64,000 nucleotides of DNA from Eikenella longinqua (lineage in GTDB: Bacteria; Pseudomonadota; Gammaproteobacteria; Burkholderiales; Neisseriaceae), in the NCBI RefSeq assembly GCF_001648355.1, contig NZ_LXSL01000028.1:45123-109122 (forward strand), given 5' to 3'. The notes beneath the pieces are model-generated. The model worked only from the letters and a program-made list of their open reading frames with translations, ran no database searches and was not told the DNA's origin. Below, piece by piece: positions 33,797-44,277 of this stretch (its first letter is position 1; each line of letters opens with the position of its first letter). The position numbers were made by a program, and so were the translations under genes.

Positions 33797-35056
33797 ATGC
33801 ACGTTTCCGAACTACAAACCCAGCATATTTCCAAACTGCTGGAAATGGCCGAGCAGCACGGCATTGAAAACGCCAACCGCCTGCGCAAACAAGATTTGGT
33901 ATTCGCCATCGTCCGCCACATGATGAAGCAGGGCGAGAGCTTCACCTGCTCCGGCACGCTCGAAATCCTGCCCGACGGCTTCGGCTTCCTGCGCAGCACC
34001 GATACCTCCTATCTGGCCAGCCCCGACGATATTTATGTGTCGCCCAACCAAATCCGCCGCTTCAACCTGCACACCGGCGACACCATCGAAGGCAGCGTGC
34101 GCGTGCCCAAAGACAACGAGCGCTACTTCGCCCTGGTGCGCCTCGACACCATCAACGGCGACGACCCGGAAGTGTGCAAACACAAGATTTTGTTTGAAAA
34201 CCTCACCCCGCTGTTTCCCACCCGCCCGCTCAAATTGGAGCGCGACATCAAGGCTGAGGAAAACATCACCGCCCGCGCCATCGATTTGGTTTCCCCCATC
34301 GGCATGGGGCAGCGCGGCCTCTTGGTGGCGCCGCCGAAAACCGGCAAAACCGTGATGCTGCAAAATATCGCCCATGCCATCACCGCCAACTATCCCGACG
34401 TGGTGCTGATTGTGCTGCTGATCGACGAGCGCCCGGAAGAAGTTACCGAAATGACCCGCTCCGTGCGCGGCGAAGTGGTGGCCTCCACCTTCGACGAACC
34501 GGCCGCGCGCCACGTACAAGTGGCAGAGATGGTGATTGAAAAAGCCAAGCGTATGGTGGAACACAAAAAAGACGTGGTCATCCTGCTCGATTCCATCACC
34601 CGCCTTGCCCGCGCCTACAACGCCGTGGCACCCACCTCCGGCAAAATCCTCACCGGCGGCATGGACGCCAACGCGCTGCACCGCCCCAAACGCTTCTTCG
34701 GCGCCGCCCGCAACATCGAAGAAGGCGGCTCGCTCACCATCATCGCCACCGCGCTGGTGGAAACCGGCAGCCGCATGGACGACGTGATTTTCGAAGAGTT
34801 CAAAGGCACCGGCAACATGGAGCTGCACCTCGACCGCCGCATGGCCGAAAAACGCGTGTTCCCCGCCATCAACATCAACAAATCCGGCACCCGCCGCGAA
34901 GAGCTGCTCGTGCCCAACGACCAGCTCCAGCGCATGTGGCTGCTGCGCAAATTCCTGCATCCGATGGACGATTTGGAAGCCACCGAGTTCCTGGTGGGCA
35001 AGCTCAAAGACAGCAAAACCAACGACGAATTTTTCGAGCTGATGCGCGGCAAATAA
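33797..35056 (+). CDS. rho: Transcription termination factor Rho
   Basis: 419 aa. N-terminal [28 protein letters not shown]-binding and RecA-type ATPase domains. The trxA-rho pair is conserved. Confidence 0.98.
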   Translation: MHVSELQTQHISKLLEMAEQHGIENANRLRKQDLVFAIVRHMMKQGESFTCSGTLEILPDGFGFLRSTDTSYLASPDDIYVSPNQIRRFNLHTGDTIEGSVRVPKDNERYFALVRLDTINGDDPEVCKHKILFENLTPLFPTRPLKLERDIKAEENITARAIDLVSPIGMGQRGLLVAPPKTGKTVMLQNIAHAITANYPDVVLIVLLIDERPEEVTEMTRSVRGEVVASTFDEPAARHVQVAEMVIEKAKRMVEHKKDVVILLDSITRLARAYNAVAPTSGKILTGGMDANALHRPKRFFGAARNIEEGGSLTIIATALVETGSRMDDVIFEEFKGTGNMELHLDRRMAEKRVFPAININKSGTRREELLVPNDQLQRMWLLRKFLHPMDDLEATEFLVGKLKDSKTNDEFFELMRGK

Positions 35057-35160
35057 GCCCCAATATTTCAGGTAGCCTCACACCAAGGCTACCTGAAAAC
35101 CATATCAGCCCCGCTGCAAAACCCAGCTCCTAGCCGCCCAAAGGCTACCTGAAAAACAAA

Positions 35161-35955
35161 ATGACCACCCTCGATTACGAAGACAGCCGCACCCTGTGGC
35201 AAACCATCCTGGCCGAAACCGCCCAAGCCGCCGAAAGCGAGCCCATGCTGGCCAGCTTCCTGCACCAAACCGTGCTGCGCCACAGCAGCATCGACCGCGT
35301 GCTTGCCTTCCATCTTTCCAGCAAGCTCACCAGCCCCGTGATGGACAGCCGCGCGCTCAACGAAATCTTCTTCCAAGCCCTCAGCAGCGACACCCGCATC
35401 TCCAAAGCCATGCAGGCCGACATCGTCGCCTACTACGAGCGCGACCCCGCCTGCGACGCCTACTACCTGCCTCTGCTCTACTACAAAGGCTTCCACGCCA
35501 TACAAGCCCACCGCATCAACCACTGGCTGTGGCAGCACGGCCGAAAAACCCTTGCCTACTTCCTGCAAAACCGCGCCTCCGAAGTGTTCGGCATCGACAT
35601 CCACCCCGCCGCCCGCTTCGGCCACGGCATCATGGTCGACCACGGCACCGGCCTCGTGGTGGGCGAAACCGCCGTGCTCGGCAACGACATCTCCATCCTG
35701 CACGGCGTCACGCTGGGCGGTTCCGGCAAAGAAGGCGGCGACCGCCACCCCAAAATCGGCGACGGCGTGATGATTGGCGCCAACGCCTCCATCCTCGGCA
35801 ACATCCGCGTAAACGAATGCGCCAAAGTCGGCGCCGGCAGCGTGGTGGTGAGCGACGTGCCCGCCCACAGCACCGTGGTCGGCGTGCCCGCCCGCGTGAT
35901 TGGGCAGGGCAACGTGCGCCCCTCCGCCGATATGGACCAAAGCCTGGATGCGTGA
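35161..35955 (+). CDS. cysE: Serine O-acetyltransferase
   Basis: 264 aa with hexapeptide repeats and DIHPAARFGHGIMVDHGTGLVVGETAVLGNDISILHGVTLGG. Confidence 0.9.
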   Translation: MTTLDYEDSRTLWQTILAETAQAAESEPMLASFLHQTVLRHSSIDRVLAFHLSSKLTSPVMDSRALNEIFFQALSSDTRISKAMQADIVAYYERDPACDAYYLPLLYYKGFHAIQAHRINHWLWQHGRKTLAYFLQNRASEVFGIDIHPAARFGHGIMVDHGTGLVVGETAVLGNDISILHGVTLGGSGKEGGDRHPKIGDGVMIGANASILGNIRVNECAKVGAGSVVVSDVPAHSTVVGVPARVIGQGNVRPSADMDQSLDA

Positions 35956-36074
35956 TGGCTGCATATCAAGGCTACCTGAAAATGTGCCCCAATCATTTTC
36001 AGGTAGCCTTTTTCAGGTAGCCTTCCCGCCCGCTGCGCTATAATCCGGCCAACCCTTTCCACCGCACCCCGCCC

Positions 36075-36965
36075 ATGAAAGCCGCCTTCTTCCTGCTCTA
36101 CCTCATCCAGCTCCTGCCCTTCGCCGCCATCCAAAAGCTGGCCGACGCCATCGGCACGCTCGCCTACTACGCCGTCGCCCCCCGCCGCCGCATCGGCCAA
36201 ATCAACCTGCGCCTGTGTTTTCCCGAATTAAGCGAAGCGCAGCGCCAAACCCTGCTCAAGCGCCACTTCCGCCACATGGCCAAGCTCGTGCTCGAATACG
36301 GCCTCTATTGGTACGGCAGCGCCGCGCGGCTCAAATCCCTGGTGCGCTACCAAGACAAACATCATCTCGACAACGAACTCGCTGCCGGGCACAAAGTCAT
36401 CCTGCTCTACCCGCACTTCACCGCCTTCGAGCTCGCCGTATACGCCCTCAACCAAGACGTGCCGCTCACCAGCATGTATTCCCACCAGAAAAACCCCGAG
36501 CTCGACGCGCAAATCCTGCGCGGCCGCCATCGCTACGATAACGTCTTCCTCATCGGCCGCACCGAAGGCCTGCGCGCCATCATCAAACACTTGCGCGCCG
36601 ACCCCGCCCCCTTCCTCTACCTGCCCGACCAAGATTTCGGCCGCAAAGATTCCATCTTCGCTGATTTCTTCGGCATCCCCACCGCCACCATCGCCGGCCT
36701 GCCCCGCATCGCCGCGCTCACCCAAGCCAAAGTCGTACCCGCCATCCCCACCCGCCAGCCAAACGGCCGCGTCGTGCTGCGCTTCTATCCCGCTTGGGAG
36801 CACTTCCCCGGCGAAGACACTGCCGCCGACGTGCAGCGCATGAACGACTTCATCGAAGCGCGCGTGCGCGAGCAGCCCGAGCAATATTTCTGGCTGCATA
36901 AACGCTTCAAAACCCGCCCCGAAGGCAGCCCCGATTTCTACGCCAAGCCCGAAAAAGCCGATTAG
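36075..36965 (+). CDS. lpxL: Lipid A biosynthesis lauroyl (Kdo2-lipid IVA) acyltransferase LpxL/HtrB
   Basis: 296 aa. N-terminal TM, lysophospholipid acyltransferase HX4D-like region (YPHFTAFE), C-terminal FWLHKRFKTRP. Confidence 0.8.
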   Translation: MKAAFFLLYLIQLLPFAAIQKLADAIGTLAYYAVAPRRRIGQINLRLCFPELSEAQRQTLLKRHFRHMAKLVLEYGLYWYGSAARLKSLVRYQDKHHLDNELAAGHKVILLYPHFTAFELAVYALNQDVPLTSMYSHQKNPELDAQILRGRHRYDNVFLIGRTEGLRAIIKHLRADPAPFLYLPDQDFGRKDSIFADFFGIPTATIAGLPRIAALTQAKVVPAIPTRQPNGRVVLRFYPAWEHFPGEDTAADVQRMNDFIEARVREQPEQYFWLHKRFKTRPEGSPDFYAKPEKAD

Positions 36966-37035
36966 GCGCCCGCCCGGCAAAGGCTACCTGAAAATGATTT
37001 TTCAGGTAGCCTCATCTATATGAAAGAAAACAAAA

Positions 37036-37602
37036 ATGGAAGAAGCCGATTATCTCGCCGCCCGCCGCGAAGTGCGCGAATGGTCGTTTGGCAGTACGCT
37101 GCTCAACGGCTGGGCAACGCTGTTTGGCGCGGCGGCTTTATTGTCCGTTATCAGCCGGATTCTGCTGCTCACCCGGCAGCACCGCGTGATGTGGATATTA
37201 TTGTTGCTGCTGCTATTGCTCGCCGCGGCGCTCGGCCTGGCGGTACGCTCGTGGCGGCGCCGCGCCCGCTTGGGCGGCAAACCGCAGTTTCTGCGCTTGG
37301 AAGAAGCAGGCATCCGCTATTGCCTGGCCGGCGCGGGCGAAGGCTTTGTTGGCTACGACGGGCTGCAATTTGTAAACCTGCGCGGCGGCAACTTCCCCAC
37401 CAAGATGTTGCTGCAATACCGCGAGCCGGGGCAAACGGGCGTGTTGCCGCAAAAAATAACGCTGGATTTGGGCAAAATCCGTCCGCTGCCCGGCCAAGGC
37501 TCGCGGCTGTGGCGCGACAGCGCCAGCGAGGCGATGAAAGTGGCGGAGGAAATCCGCCGCCGCTGCAAGCCTGGGCAGCTTTATGGGAAATTGGTGTTTT
37601 GA
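37036..37602 (+). CDS. Hypothetical membrane protein (two TM helices)
   Basis: 188 aa. No motif recognised. Start uncertain. Confidence 0.4.
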   Translation: MEEADYLAARREVREWSFGSTLLNGWATLFGAAALLSVISRILLLTRQHRVMWILLLLLLLLAAALGLAVRSWRRRARLGGKPQFLRLEEAGIRYCLAGAGEGFVGYDGLQFVNLRGGNFPTKMLLQYREPGQTGVLPQKITLDLGKIRPLPGQGSRLWRDSASEAMKVAEEIRRRCKPGQLYGKLVF

Positions 37603-37765
37603 CTGGGCGCGAAGAGGCTACCTGAAAGCGATGTCTTGCGCAGCAAGGCGGGGTATTAAGAAGCGGGGGACGCTGCGCATTTTCAGGTAGCCTTTTGTGC
37701 CGCCCAATAGCAAACCACAGCATCGATAGGGATGCTGTGGTTTTGTGTGCCATGATTGCCGAAGG

Positions 37766-38209
37766 TTAGCGCGGCGGCCGAGCTTCGCTGGCGGGCATTT
37801 GGAAGTGGCAGCGGGCCACGACGATGGGTTTGGCGGGGTCGGACTGCCAGGCTTCCACGGCTACGTTGGCGATGCGGCTGCCTTGGCGGGTGAGGGAGCA
37901 GCGGGCGTAGGTGGTTTCGGGCTTGCCGCTGCGCAGGTAGTCGAGAGAGAAGTCGATCATTTTGGGCAGCTCGTTGAGGCCGGCTTGGTGGTAGAGGAAG
38001 AGGACGGCGCAGCTTTCGATGAAGCCGCCGAGCATGCCGCCGTGCAGGGCAGGGAGGAATACGTTGCCGATGTTTTCGCGTTTGTAGGGCAGGGCGAAGA
38101 GGGGGCTGCCGTTGGATTCGCCGCATTGCAGACCGATGAATTCGGTGTAGGGGATGAGGTCGGCGGCTCGGGCGGTAAACTCGGGGATGGGGGTGAAGGG
38201 GGTGCTCAT
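37766..38209 (-). CDS. PaaI-family hotdog-fold thioesterase (copy 2)
   Basis: Start MSTPFTPIPEF. Hotdog core GGMLGGFIESCAVL. ATGA overlap with the upstream thioesterase. Confidence 0.7.
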   Translation of the reverse strand: MSTPFTPIPEFTARAADLIPYTEFIGLQCGESNGSPLFALPYKRENIGNVFLPALHGGMLGGFIESCAVLFLYHQAGLNELPKMIDFSLDYLRSGKPETTYARCSLTRQGSRIANVAVEAWQSDPAKPIVVARCHFQMPASEARPPR

Positions 38210-38676
38210 GCTTGCAACATTTCCTGTAGTTTGGCTTGTTCTTCGGGGGTGAGGGGGGTGCGCATGAAGGTAGCCATGCCTAGGGCGAAGGGGTCGGCGG
38301 GGTCTTCTTGGTAGCAGCTGCTGCGCACGAAGGCCACTTGGCCGGCAAGGCGGTAGCATTCGGCGCGGCCGTAGATGCGGCGGCCGGGGGTGGCGGGGTG
38401 CATGTAGTCGATGCGCATGTCGAGGGTGGCGAGGATTTCGGCGGTGGGGAGCTGGGCGGTGACGGCGCAGGCGGATACCATGTCGACGAGGGTGGTGATG
38501 GTGCCGCCGTGGATGGTTTGGGTGTCGTGGCGGCCGACGAGGTGGGGCTGCCAGTCGAAGCTGAGCACGGGGCGGCGGCCGCGGATGCCTTCGTAGCGCA
38601 GGCCGATGGCGCGGGAATGGGGGAGGTCGAGGTAGTGTTGGCTGAGGATGCGGTAGAGTGCTTGGTTGGCGGGCAT
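38206..38676 (-). CDS. PaaI-family hotdog-fold thioesterase (copy 1)
   Basis: 156 aa. HGGTITTLVDMVSACAV. Confidence 0.7.
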   Translation of the reverse strand: MPANQALYRILSQHYLDLPHSRAIGLRYEGIRGRRPVLSFDWQPHLVGRHDTQTIHGGTITTLVDMVSACAVTAQLPTAEILATLDMRIDYMHPATPGRRIYGRAECYRLAGQVAFVRSSCYQEDPADPFALGMATFMRTPLTPEEQAKLQEMLQA

Positions 38677-38996
38677 GGTGTTTTCTGGTGATGGGGTTGG
38701 GCTACCTGAAAATTGGAAATAGACAGGGCGGAATTAGGAAACGGCGCGATTTACGCACCGTTCTTTAAGTGGGAGTATCCTCAAGCGATCAATGTCAGAG
38801 CGTATTACACGCGCCGCACCCTGATCTCTACGTCCGAAACGGGAATGAGGCATTTCCCACGCGGAAAATTCTACTCCCGATGCGGGCGATAATCAAGAAT
38901 GGAGGCTACTTGAAAGCAATGTCTTGCGCAGCAAGGCAGAGTTTCTGCAAAGCTCAAGCCCGGCTTCAACCCAAGTGAAAACCAGCCGGGAATTTT

Positions 38997-39854
38997 TCAG
39001 GTAGCCTCTTCGGCTGCATCGGCGCCGGATTGGAGCGCGGCGTATTCGTCTGCCTCGCCGGGCAGGCTGACGAGGATGTCGCCGAACGCGCCGTTTTCCT
39101 GGGTGAGGCGCACGAGGCCTTCTTTCACCAGCTCGAGCAGGGCGATGAAGCACACCACCACCTGCGCCACGCCGCGCTCGGGCGCAAACAGCCGGCTGAA
39201 GCGGCAGCCGCCGTCTTGCAGGCGGCGCAGAATGTGGCTCATGGTGGCGCGCACGGAGAGGGCTTCGTTTTCCTGCACCACGGTATGGCTGCGGCGCTGG
39301 CCGGCGCGGGCGAGGATGGCGAGCCAGGCCTGGGTGAGGTCGGAGAGGCGCACTTCGGGCGGACGCACGGCGGCGGTGATTTCCAGCGGCAGGTAGGCCC
39401 AGGAGAAATCGCGGCCGGCGCGGGGCAGGGCGTCGAGGCCGAGGGCGGCGAGTTTCATCTGCTCATAAGCCAAAAGGCGGCGCACCAGCTCGGCGCGGGG
39501 GTCGGCCGAATCTTCGTCTTCGGCAGCGGGCGGCACGGGCAGCAGCAGGCGGGATTTGATTTCGATCAGCACGGCGGCCATCAGCAGGTACTCGGCGGCC
39601 AGGTCGAGGTTTTGCTCGTTCATCTGGGCGATGTAGGCGAGGTATTGCTCGGTGATTTTGAGCATGGGGATGTCGAGTACGTCGATGTTTTGCTTGCGGA
39701 TGAGGTAGAGCAGCAAATCGAGCGGGCCTTCGAAGCTGTGCAGCACCACTTGCAGCGCATCGGGCGGGATGAAGAGGTCGGCGGGCAGGTCGGTAACGGG
39801 CTGGCCGAACAGGGTGGCGATATTGGGCGGGGTGCTGGCGGGGGAGTGGGGCAT
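38997..39854 (-). CDS. scpA: Segregation and condensation protein A
   Basis: 285 aa. FEGPLDLLLYLIRKQNIDVLDIPMLKITEQYLAYI. Confidence 0.85.
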   Translation of the reverse strand: MPHSPASTPPNIATLFGQPVTDLPADLFIPPDALQVVLHSFEGPLDLLLYLIRKQNIDVLDIPMLKITEQYLAYIAQMNEQNLDLAAEYLLMAAVLIEIKSRLLLPVPPAAEDEDSADPRAELVRRLLAYEQMKLAALGLDALPRAGRDFSWAYLPLEITAAVRPPEVRLSDLTQAWLAILARAGQRRSHTVVQENEALSVRATMSHILRRLQDGGCRFSRLFAPERGVAQVVVCFIALLELVKEGLVRLTQENGAFGDILVSLPGEADEYAALQSGADAAEEAT

Positions 39855-39982
39855 GGCTTTGGCTTGCTTTGGAACTACGCTTTAGCTTCGCAGAAACTCC
39901 GCCTTGCTGCGCAAGACATCGTTTTAACTACGTTGAAGCTTACGCTTTCAGGTAGCCTGATTTAAAACAGAAACGGTATGGA

Positions 39983-40369
39983 TTAAAACTCAATGTAGTC
40001 ATCGTTATCCATATAGTAATTCAGTGCGGCAATGAATTGCTCTTTGGTGAAATCGGGATAACGGTCATCCAAATCATCGTAAACATCCATAAAAATCTCC
40101 CCGCTGCATAAAACGCTCAATCCGTTTTCCAGCACGAGTTTCGGGAAAACTTCTTTTTTGTCAATTATCTCCGGGCTGTCGCTTAGATAACAGCTTGTGG
40201 TGAGCTTGAGCGGGCCGCTATCTTCGTCGGCAGAGTAGAGATAGGGAAATTTTGCAAATTTATCTGTATCATTATTATTAAATAATTTAGCACAATCAAT
40301 TACTTCTGAGAGGCTGAGTTGCTGATTGTAAAAGTTACCCAAGCCCATTTTTTCCCCTTGTGGTGTCAT
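39983..40369 (-). CDS. Low-GC (~38%) hypothetical protein; speculatively an orphan immunity-type protein
   Basis: Sharp GC drop relative to the flanks. Acidic C-terminus (DVYDDLDDRYPDFTKEQFIAALNYYMDNDDYIEF). Start at MTPQGEKM chosen because the upstream part of the track ORF overlaps the next gene. Confidence 0.4.
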   Translation of the reverse strand: MTPQGEKMGLGNFYNQQLSLSEVIDCAKLFNNNDTDKFAKFPYLYSADEDSGPLKLTTSCYLSDSPEIIDKKEVFPKLVLENGLSVLCSGEIFMDVYDDLDDRYPDFTKEQFIAALNYYMDNDDYIEF

Positions 40370-40464
40370 CAATATTTGCTTAACAGCGTGAAAAGGCTTG
40401 GCATTATAGGGCAGACAGGGCAGAATTGCCGCACTTTGCCAACCCAAATTTAGGAGAAGAAGCG

Positions 40465-41172
40465 ATGAAATTCGTGGTAAACCACAAACTGTTTGAAGAA
40501 TTTGTCGGCCTGCGTATCGGCGTGAGCGTGGCGAACGGGGTAAACAATAAGGTGGACGCGGCGGCTTTCCTGCCGCAGTTGCAGCAGGCGGCAGCGGACG
40601 CGGCCGAGGCCTGCGCCGGGCAGCCGGTGGCGCAGTTGCCGAAGATTGCGGCCTGGCGAGAGGCTTACCGCAAGTTTGGCGTGAAGGCCAAGGAATACCC
40701 GAGCTCGGTCGAGGCGCTGTATAAGCGCGTGTCGAAGGGCAAGGAGCTGGGCAGCATCAGCCCGCTGGTGGACATTTATAACTATATTTCGCTGAAATAC
40801 ACCGTACCGGTGGGCGGCGAGGATTTGAGCGCGATGCAGGGCGATTTGCAGCTCACTTATGCCGGATCGGGCGAAGTGCCGGTGGTGGTGCTGGGCAAAG
40901 ACGAAGCGCAGGCACCGGCGGAAGGCGAAATTTTCTACAAAGACGACGCGGGCGCCATCTGCCGCCGCTGGAACTGGCGCGAAGTGGCGCGCACGGTGAT
41001 TACGGAAAACACCGTGCGCTGTGTGTTTGTGATTGAGGCACTGCCGGAAGTGGGCGATGAAGAACTGCGCGCGGCGCAGCAAGAGTTGGGCGCGCTGATT
41101 GAGCAATACTGCGGCGGCAAGCTGGTGCATCATGTGCTGGATGCCGGCTGTGCGGAAGTGCCTCTGGATTGA
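40465..41172 (+). CDS. B3/B4 tRNA-binding domain protein (YtpR-like)
   Basis: MKFVVNHKLFEEFVGLRIGV... GGAGAAG ribosome-binding site. Resembles the PheT B3/B4 domain. Confidence 0.7.
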   Translation: MKFVVNHKLFEEFVGLRIGVSVANGVNNKVDAAAFLPQLQQAAADAAEACAGQPVAQLPKIAAWREAYRKFGVKAKEYPSSVEALYKRVSKGKELGSISPLVDIYNYISLKYTVPVGGEDLSAMQGDLQLTYAGSGEVPVVVLGKDEAQAPAEGEIFYKDDAGAICRRWNWREVARTVITENTVRCVFVIEALPEVGDEELRAAQQELGALIEQYCGGKLVHHVLDAGCAEVPLD

Positions 41173-41352
41173 GCAGGGCCAGCCGTATAAACCGAGAGGC
41201 TACCTGAAAATATTTCGACAACGCAGAAACTCTGCATATGCTTTCAGGTAGCCTCCTTTCCATCCAGTCAAGCCCATACAAGACTTCTCTCTATTCTCTT
41301 TCTGCTGGGAGTAGAATTTAGCAAAATCTGCAACCGATAAGAGGCTTCTACC

Positions 41353-41811
41353 ATGAAAATTTTATTGCTTATTGTTTTATCTTCATTGGTTTGCTCTTCG
41401 GCCTATGCGAGAGCACCCGTGAAAACGATTTTTTCCTGTACCACCACAAACGGTAAACAACTAACCGTGCAGCGGCAGGGGGCGGACTATGTGTACAGTT
41501 TCGGCCGCAAAGGGCGGCCGGAGTTAGTGTTCCGCAATTCAAAACGAAATGTGGTTGCGCGAAGCATTACCAGCTCAATGCCGGCCGCAATCGGCATAGG
41601 TGGATTTTGGTCGGAAATGAATATGATAAATCGGGGATACGAATATAGTGTTTTTTGGAGGGTGAACAATGATGACGAACACACGATTACGCAAGGCGTT
41701 GAGGTGACTAAGCTGAACCGGAGGAATGATTTAAGGTACAACAGCCCAGTCATTCTCTGTGATGATCGATATCCCATTATTGATAACCCAGACCCTGAGT
41801 TTATGCTTTAA
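41353..41811 (+). CDS. Low-GC secreted hypothetical protein (signal peptide)
   Basis: 152 aa. MKILLLIVLSSLVCSSAYA signal. GC about 40%, followed by an AT-rich tail. Confidence 0.5.
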   Translation: MKILLLIVLSSLVCSSAYARAPVKTIFSCTTTNGKQLTVQRQGADYVYSFGRKGRPELVFRNSKRNVVARSITSSMPAAIGIGGFWSEMNMINRGYEYSVFWRVNNDDEHTITQGVEVTKLNRRNDLRYNSPVILCDDRYPIIDNPDPEFML

Positions 41812-41922
41812 CCAGTAAATTTATCACCTCGAATGCTGTCTGCTTTCAGGCAGTATTTTTATTATGAAGTTAAATTAGTGATACCGTCGTTCTATCCAAT
41901 AGCCAATCCGATGGAATATGGA

Positions 41923-41947
41923 AGGCTACCTGAAATTTTCAGGTAGC
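41923..41947. terminator. Back-to-back DUS perfect palindrome GGCTACCTGAAATTTTCAGGTAGCC
   Basis: 25-bp perfect palindrome. Similar units occur at 44987-45011, 53266-53293 and 36984-37010. Confidence 0.6.
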
Positions 41948-42037
41948 CCCTACCCTTACCACCCAAGCCCAAGCTAGAAAAAGCCCGCTCTTTGGCGATA
42001 CAATACCGCCTTTCCCAATTCCACCCGAAAGCCAGCC

Positions 42038-43444
42038 ATGACCATCAAAACCCGTTTCGCCCCCAGCCCCACCGGCTACCTGCACATCGGCGGCGTGCGC
42101 ACCGCCCTCTACTGCTGGGCCTTCGCCAAACACCACGGCGGAGAATTCCTGCTGCGCATCGAAGACACCGACTTAGAGCGCTCCACCGCCGAATCCGTGA
42201 AAGTTATCCTCGACGGCATGCAGTGGGTTGGCCTGCATGCCGACAATGCCGACCACATCGTCTATCAAACCCAAAACTTCCCGCGCTATAAAGAACTTAT
42301 CCAAAAACTGCTCAACGAAGGCCACGCCTACCATTGCTATTGCAGCAAAGAAGAGCTGGCCGAAATGCGCGAACGCGCCGAGCGCGAAGGCACCGCCACC
42401 TACGACCGCCGCTGGCGCCCCGAGCCCGGCAAAACCCTGCCGCCCATCCCCGAAGGGCGCGAACCCGTCGTCCGCTTCAAAAGCCAGATTGACGGCATTA
42501 CCACCTGGCACGACTTGGTTAAAGGCGAAATCAGCATTCCCAACGCCGCGCTCGACGACCTCATCATCGCCCGCGCCGACGGCAGCCCCACCTACAACTT
42601 CTGCGTGGTGGCCGACGACTACGACATGGGCATCACCCACGTAATCCGCGGCGACGACCACGTGAATAACACCCCCAAACAAATCAACATCTTCAAAGCC
42701 CTCGGCGCCACCCCGCCCGCATACGCCCACCTGCCGATGATTTTGAACGAGCAGGGCAAAAAAATCTCCAAACGTAGCGGCGACACCGTGGCCATCACCG
42801 AATACGAAGCCCTCGGCATCCTGCCCGAAGCCCTGCTCAACTACCTCGCGCGGCTGGGCTGGGCGCACGGCGACGACGAATTCTTCACCATGCAGCAATT
42901 TGTGGAATGGTTTGATTTGGCGCACGTTTCCTCCTCTGCAAGCCGCATGGACGCGAAAAAGCTGTATTGGATCAACGCCGAACACATCAAAGCCGCCGCC
43001 AATGCCGAGCTGGCCGGATTGGTGCTGCCGCGCCTGGAGCAACAAGACGTTGCCGTTGCCGCAGGCCCCAAATTGGAAGACGTGCTCGCCCTAGTGAAAG
43101 ACCGCGCCCACGATTTGAACGCGCTGGCCGCCGAGTGCGCCTATTTCTACCGCAAAGGCGTGCCCGCCGAAGCCGACGTGGCCAAGCATTGGGATGCCGA
43201 AGCCCACGCCCGCATGCAGCGTTTTGCCGACCGGCTGGCCGGGCTGCCGGAGCAGGATTGGACGGCGGAGCACATCCACAACCTGTTCGCCCCGTTCTGC
43301 GAAGCCGAAGGCATCAAAATGGGCAAACTCGGCATGCCCCTGCGCCTGGCCGTGTGCGGCACGGCGAAAACCCCGAGCGTGGATGCCGTGCTGGCGCTGA
43401 TTGGCAAAGCAGAAGTGCTGCGCCGCATCCGCGAATCGGCTTAG
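42038..43444 (+). CDS. gltX: Glutamate--tRNA ligase
   Basis: 468 aa. RFAPSPTGYLHIGGVRTAL HIGH motif and KISKR KMSKS-type motif. Confidence 0.95.
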   Translation: MTIKTRFAPSPTGYLHIGGVRTALYCWAFAKHHGGEFLLRIEDTDLERSTAESVKVILDGMQWVGLHADNADHIVYQTQNFPRYKELIQKLLNEGHAYHCYCSKEELAEMRERAEREGTATYDRRWRPEPGKTLPPIPEGREPVVRFKSQIDGITTWHDLVKGEISIPNAALDDLIIARADGSPTYNFCVVADDYDMGITHVIRGDDHVNNTPKQINIFKALGATPPAYAHLPMILNEQGKKISKRSGDTVAITEYEALGILPEALLNYLARLGWAHGDDEFFTMQQFVEWFDLAHVSSSASRMDAKKLYWINAEHIKAAANAELAGLVLPRLEQQDVAVAAGPKLEDVLALVKDRAHDLNALAAECAYFYRKGVPAEADVAKHWDAEAHARMQRFADRLAGLPEQDWTAEHIHNLFAPFCEAEGIKMGKLGMPLRLAVCGTAKTPSVDAVLALIGKAEVLRRIRESA

Positions 43445-43536
43445 CGCAGAAGGCTACCTGAAAGCGTGAGCTTCAACGAAGTTAAAATGATGCGGCGCGT
43501 TTTTCAGGTAGCCTTTGTTTTGTAGAAAAGCCGTGG

Positions 43537-43600
43537 TAGCTGTACGCATATTTTAGCTTCGCAGAAACTCCGCCTTGCTTCGCAAGACATCGTTTTCAGG
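43537..43600. repeat. Small-repeat module with DUS
   Basis: TTTTAGCTTCGCAGAAACTCCGCCTTGCTTCGCAAGACATCGTTTTCAGGTAGCC. Confidence 0.6.
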
Positions 43601-43614
43601 TAGCCTTATCCACC

Positions 43615-44277
43615 GTGAACCAGTTAATCCTCAATTTTCCCGACACCCCGCCCGGCTTCGATACCTTCTTCGGGCAGGGCAACGGCGAGCTGCTGCATGT
43701 GTTGCGGCAGCAGCGCGAGCCGTTTGTGTATGTGTGGGGCGCGGCCGGCGCCGGCAAGAGCCATTTGCTGCGTGCGTGGGCGGCGCAGGCGCAAGCTGCT
43801 GGGCAGGCTGCGCGTTATCTGGATGCCGCCGCCGAACCGCTGCGCGAGCTGCCGCCCGCAGGCTGCCGCCTCGCGCTTGACCAAATCGAGCAGCTCGATG
43901 CCGAAGGGCAGGCCGTATTGTTCAATCTGTGCAACCGCATCCGCCAGAGCGGGCAGGGCGCGCTCCTGATTGGCGCTAATGTGCCGCCGCCGCATCTGCA
44001 TGTGCGCGAAGACTTGCGCACCCGCATGGGCTACTGCCTGGTGTATGAAATCAAACCCTTGAGCGACGAAGAAAAGCTGGCCGCCCTTGAAGCCGCCGCC
44101 CAAGCCCGCCAGCTCAAAGTGTCGGGCGACATCTTCCGCTACCTGCTGCACCACTGGAGCCGAGACCTCGGCAGCCTGATGGCCATGCTCGACGCCCTCG
44201 ACCGATATTCCCTCTCCCAACACCGCCCCATCACCGTGCCGCTGCTCAAGCGGCTGCTGCAACAGGACAGCCCATGA
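43615..44277 (+). CDS. hda: DnaA-homolog regulatory inactivator Hda (GTG start)
   Basis: 220 aa. LPL..P..TFDNF-like N-terminus, Walker A GAAGAGKSHLL, DnaA box VII-like region. Confidence 0.8.
   Translation: MNQLILNFPDTPPGFDTFFGQGNGELLHVLRQQREPFVYVWGAAGAGKSHLLRAWAAQAQAAGQAARYLDAAAEPLRELPPAGCRLALDQIEQLDAEGQAVLFNLCNRIRQSGQGALLIGANVPPPHLHVREDLRTRMGYCLVYEIKPLSDEEKLAALEAAAQARQLKVSGDIFRYLLHHWSRDLGSLMAMLDALDRYSLSQHRPITVPLLKRLLQQDSP

Noticed and set aside
37020-37625. Alternative 201-aa ORF overlapping the 37036 gene in another frame
   Set aside because: It is an Arg/Pro-rich, low-complexity frame. The 37036 frame has hydrophobic TM segments and plausible composition.
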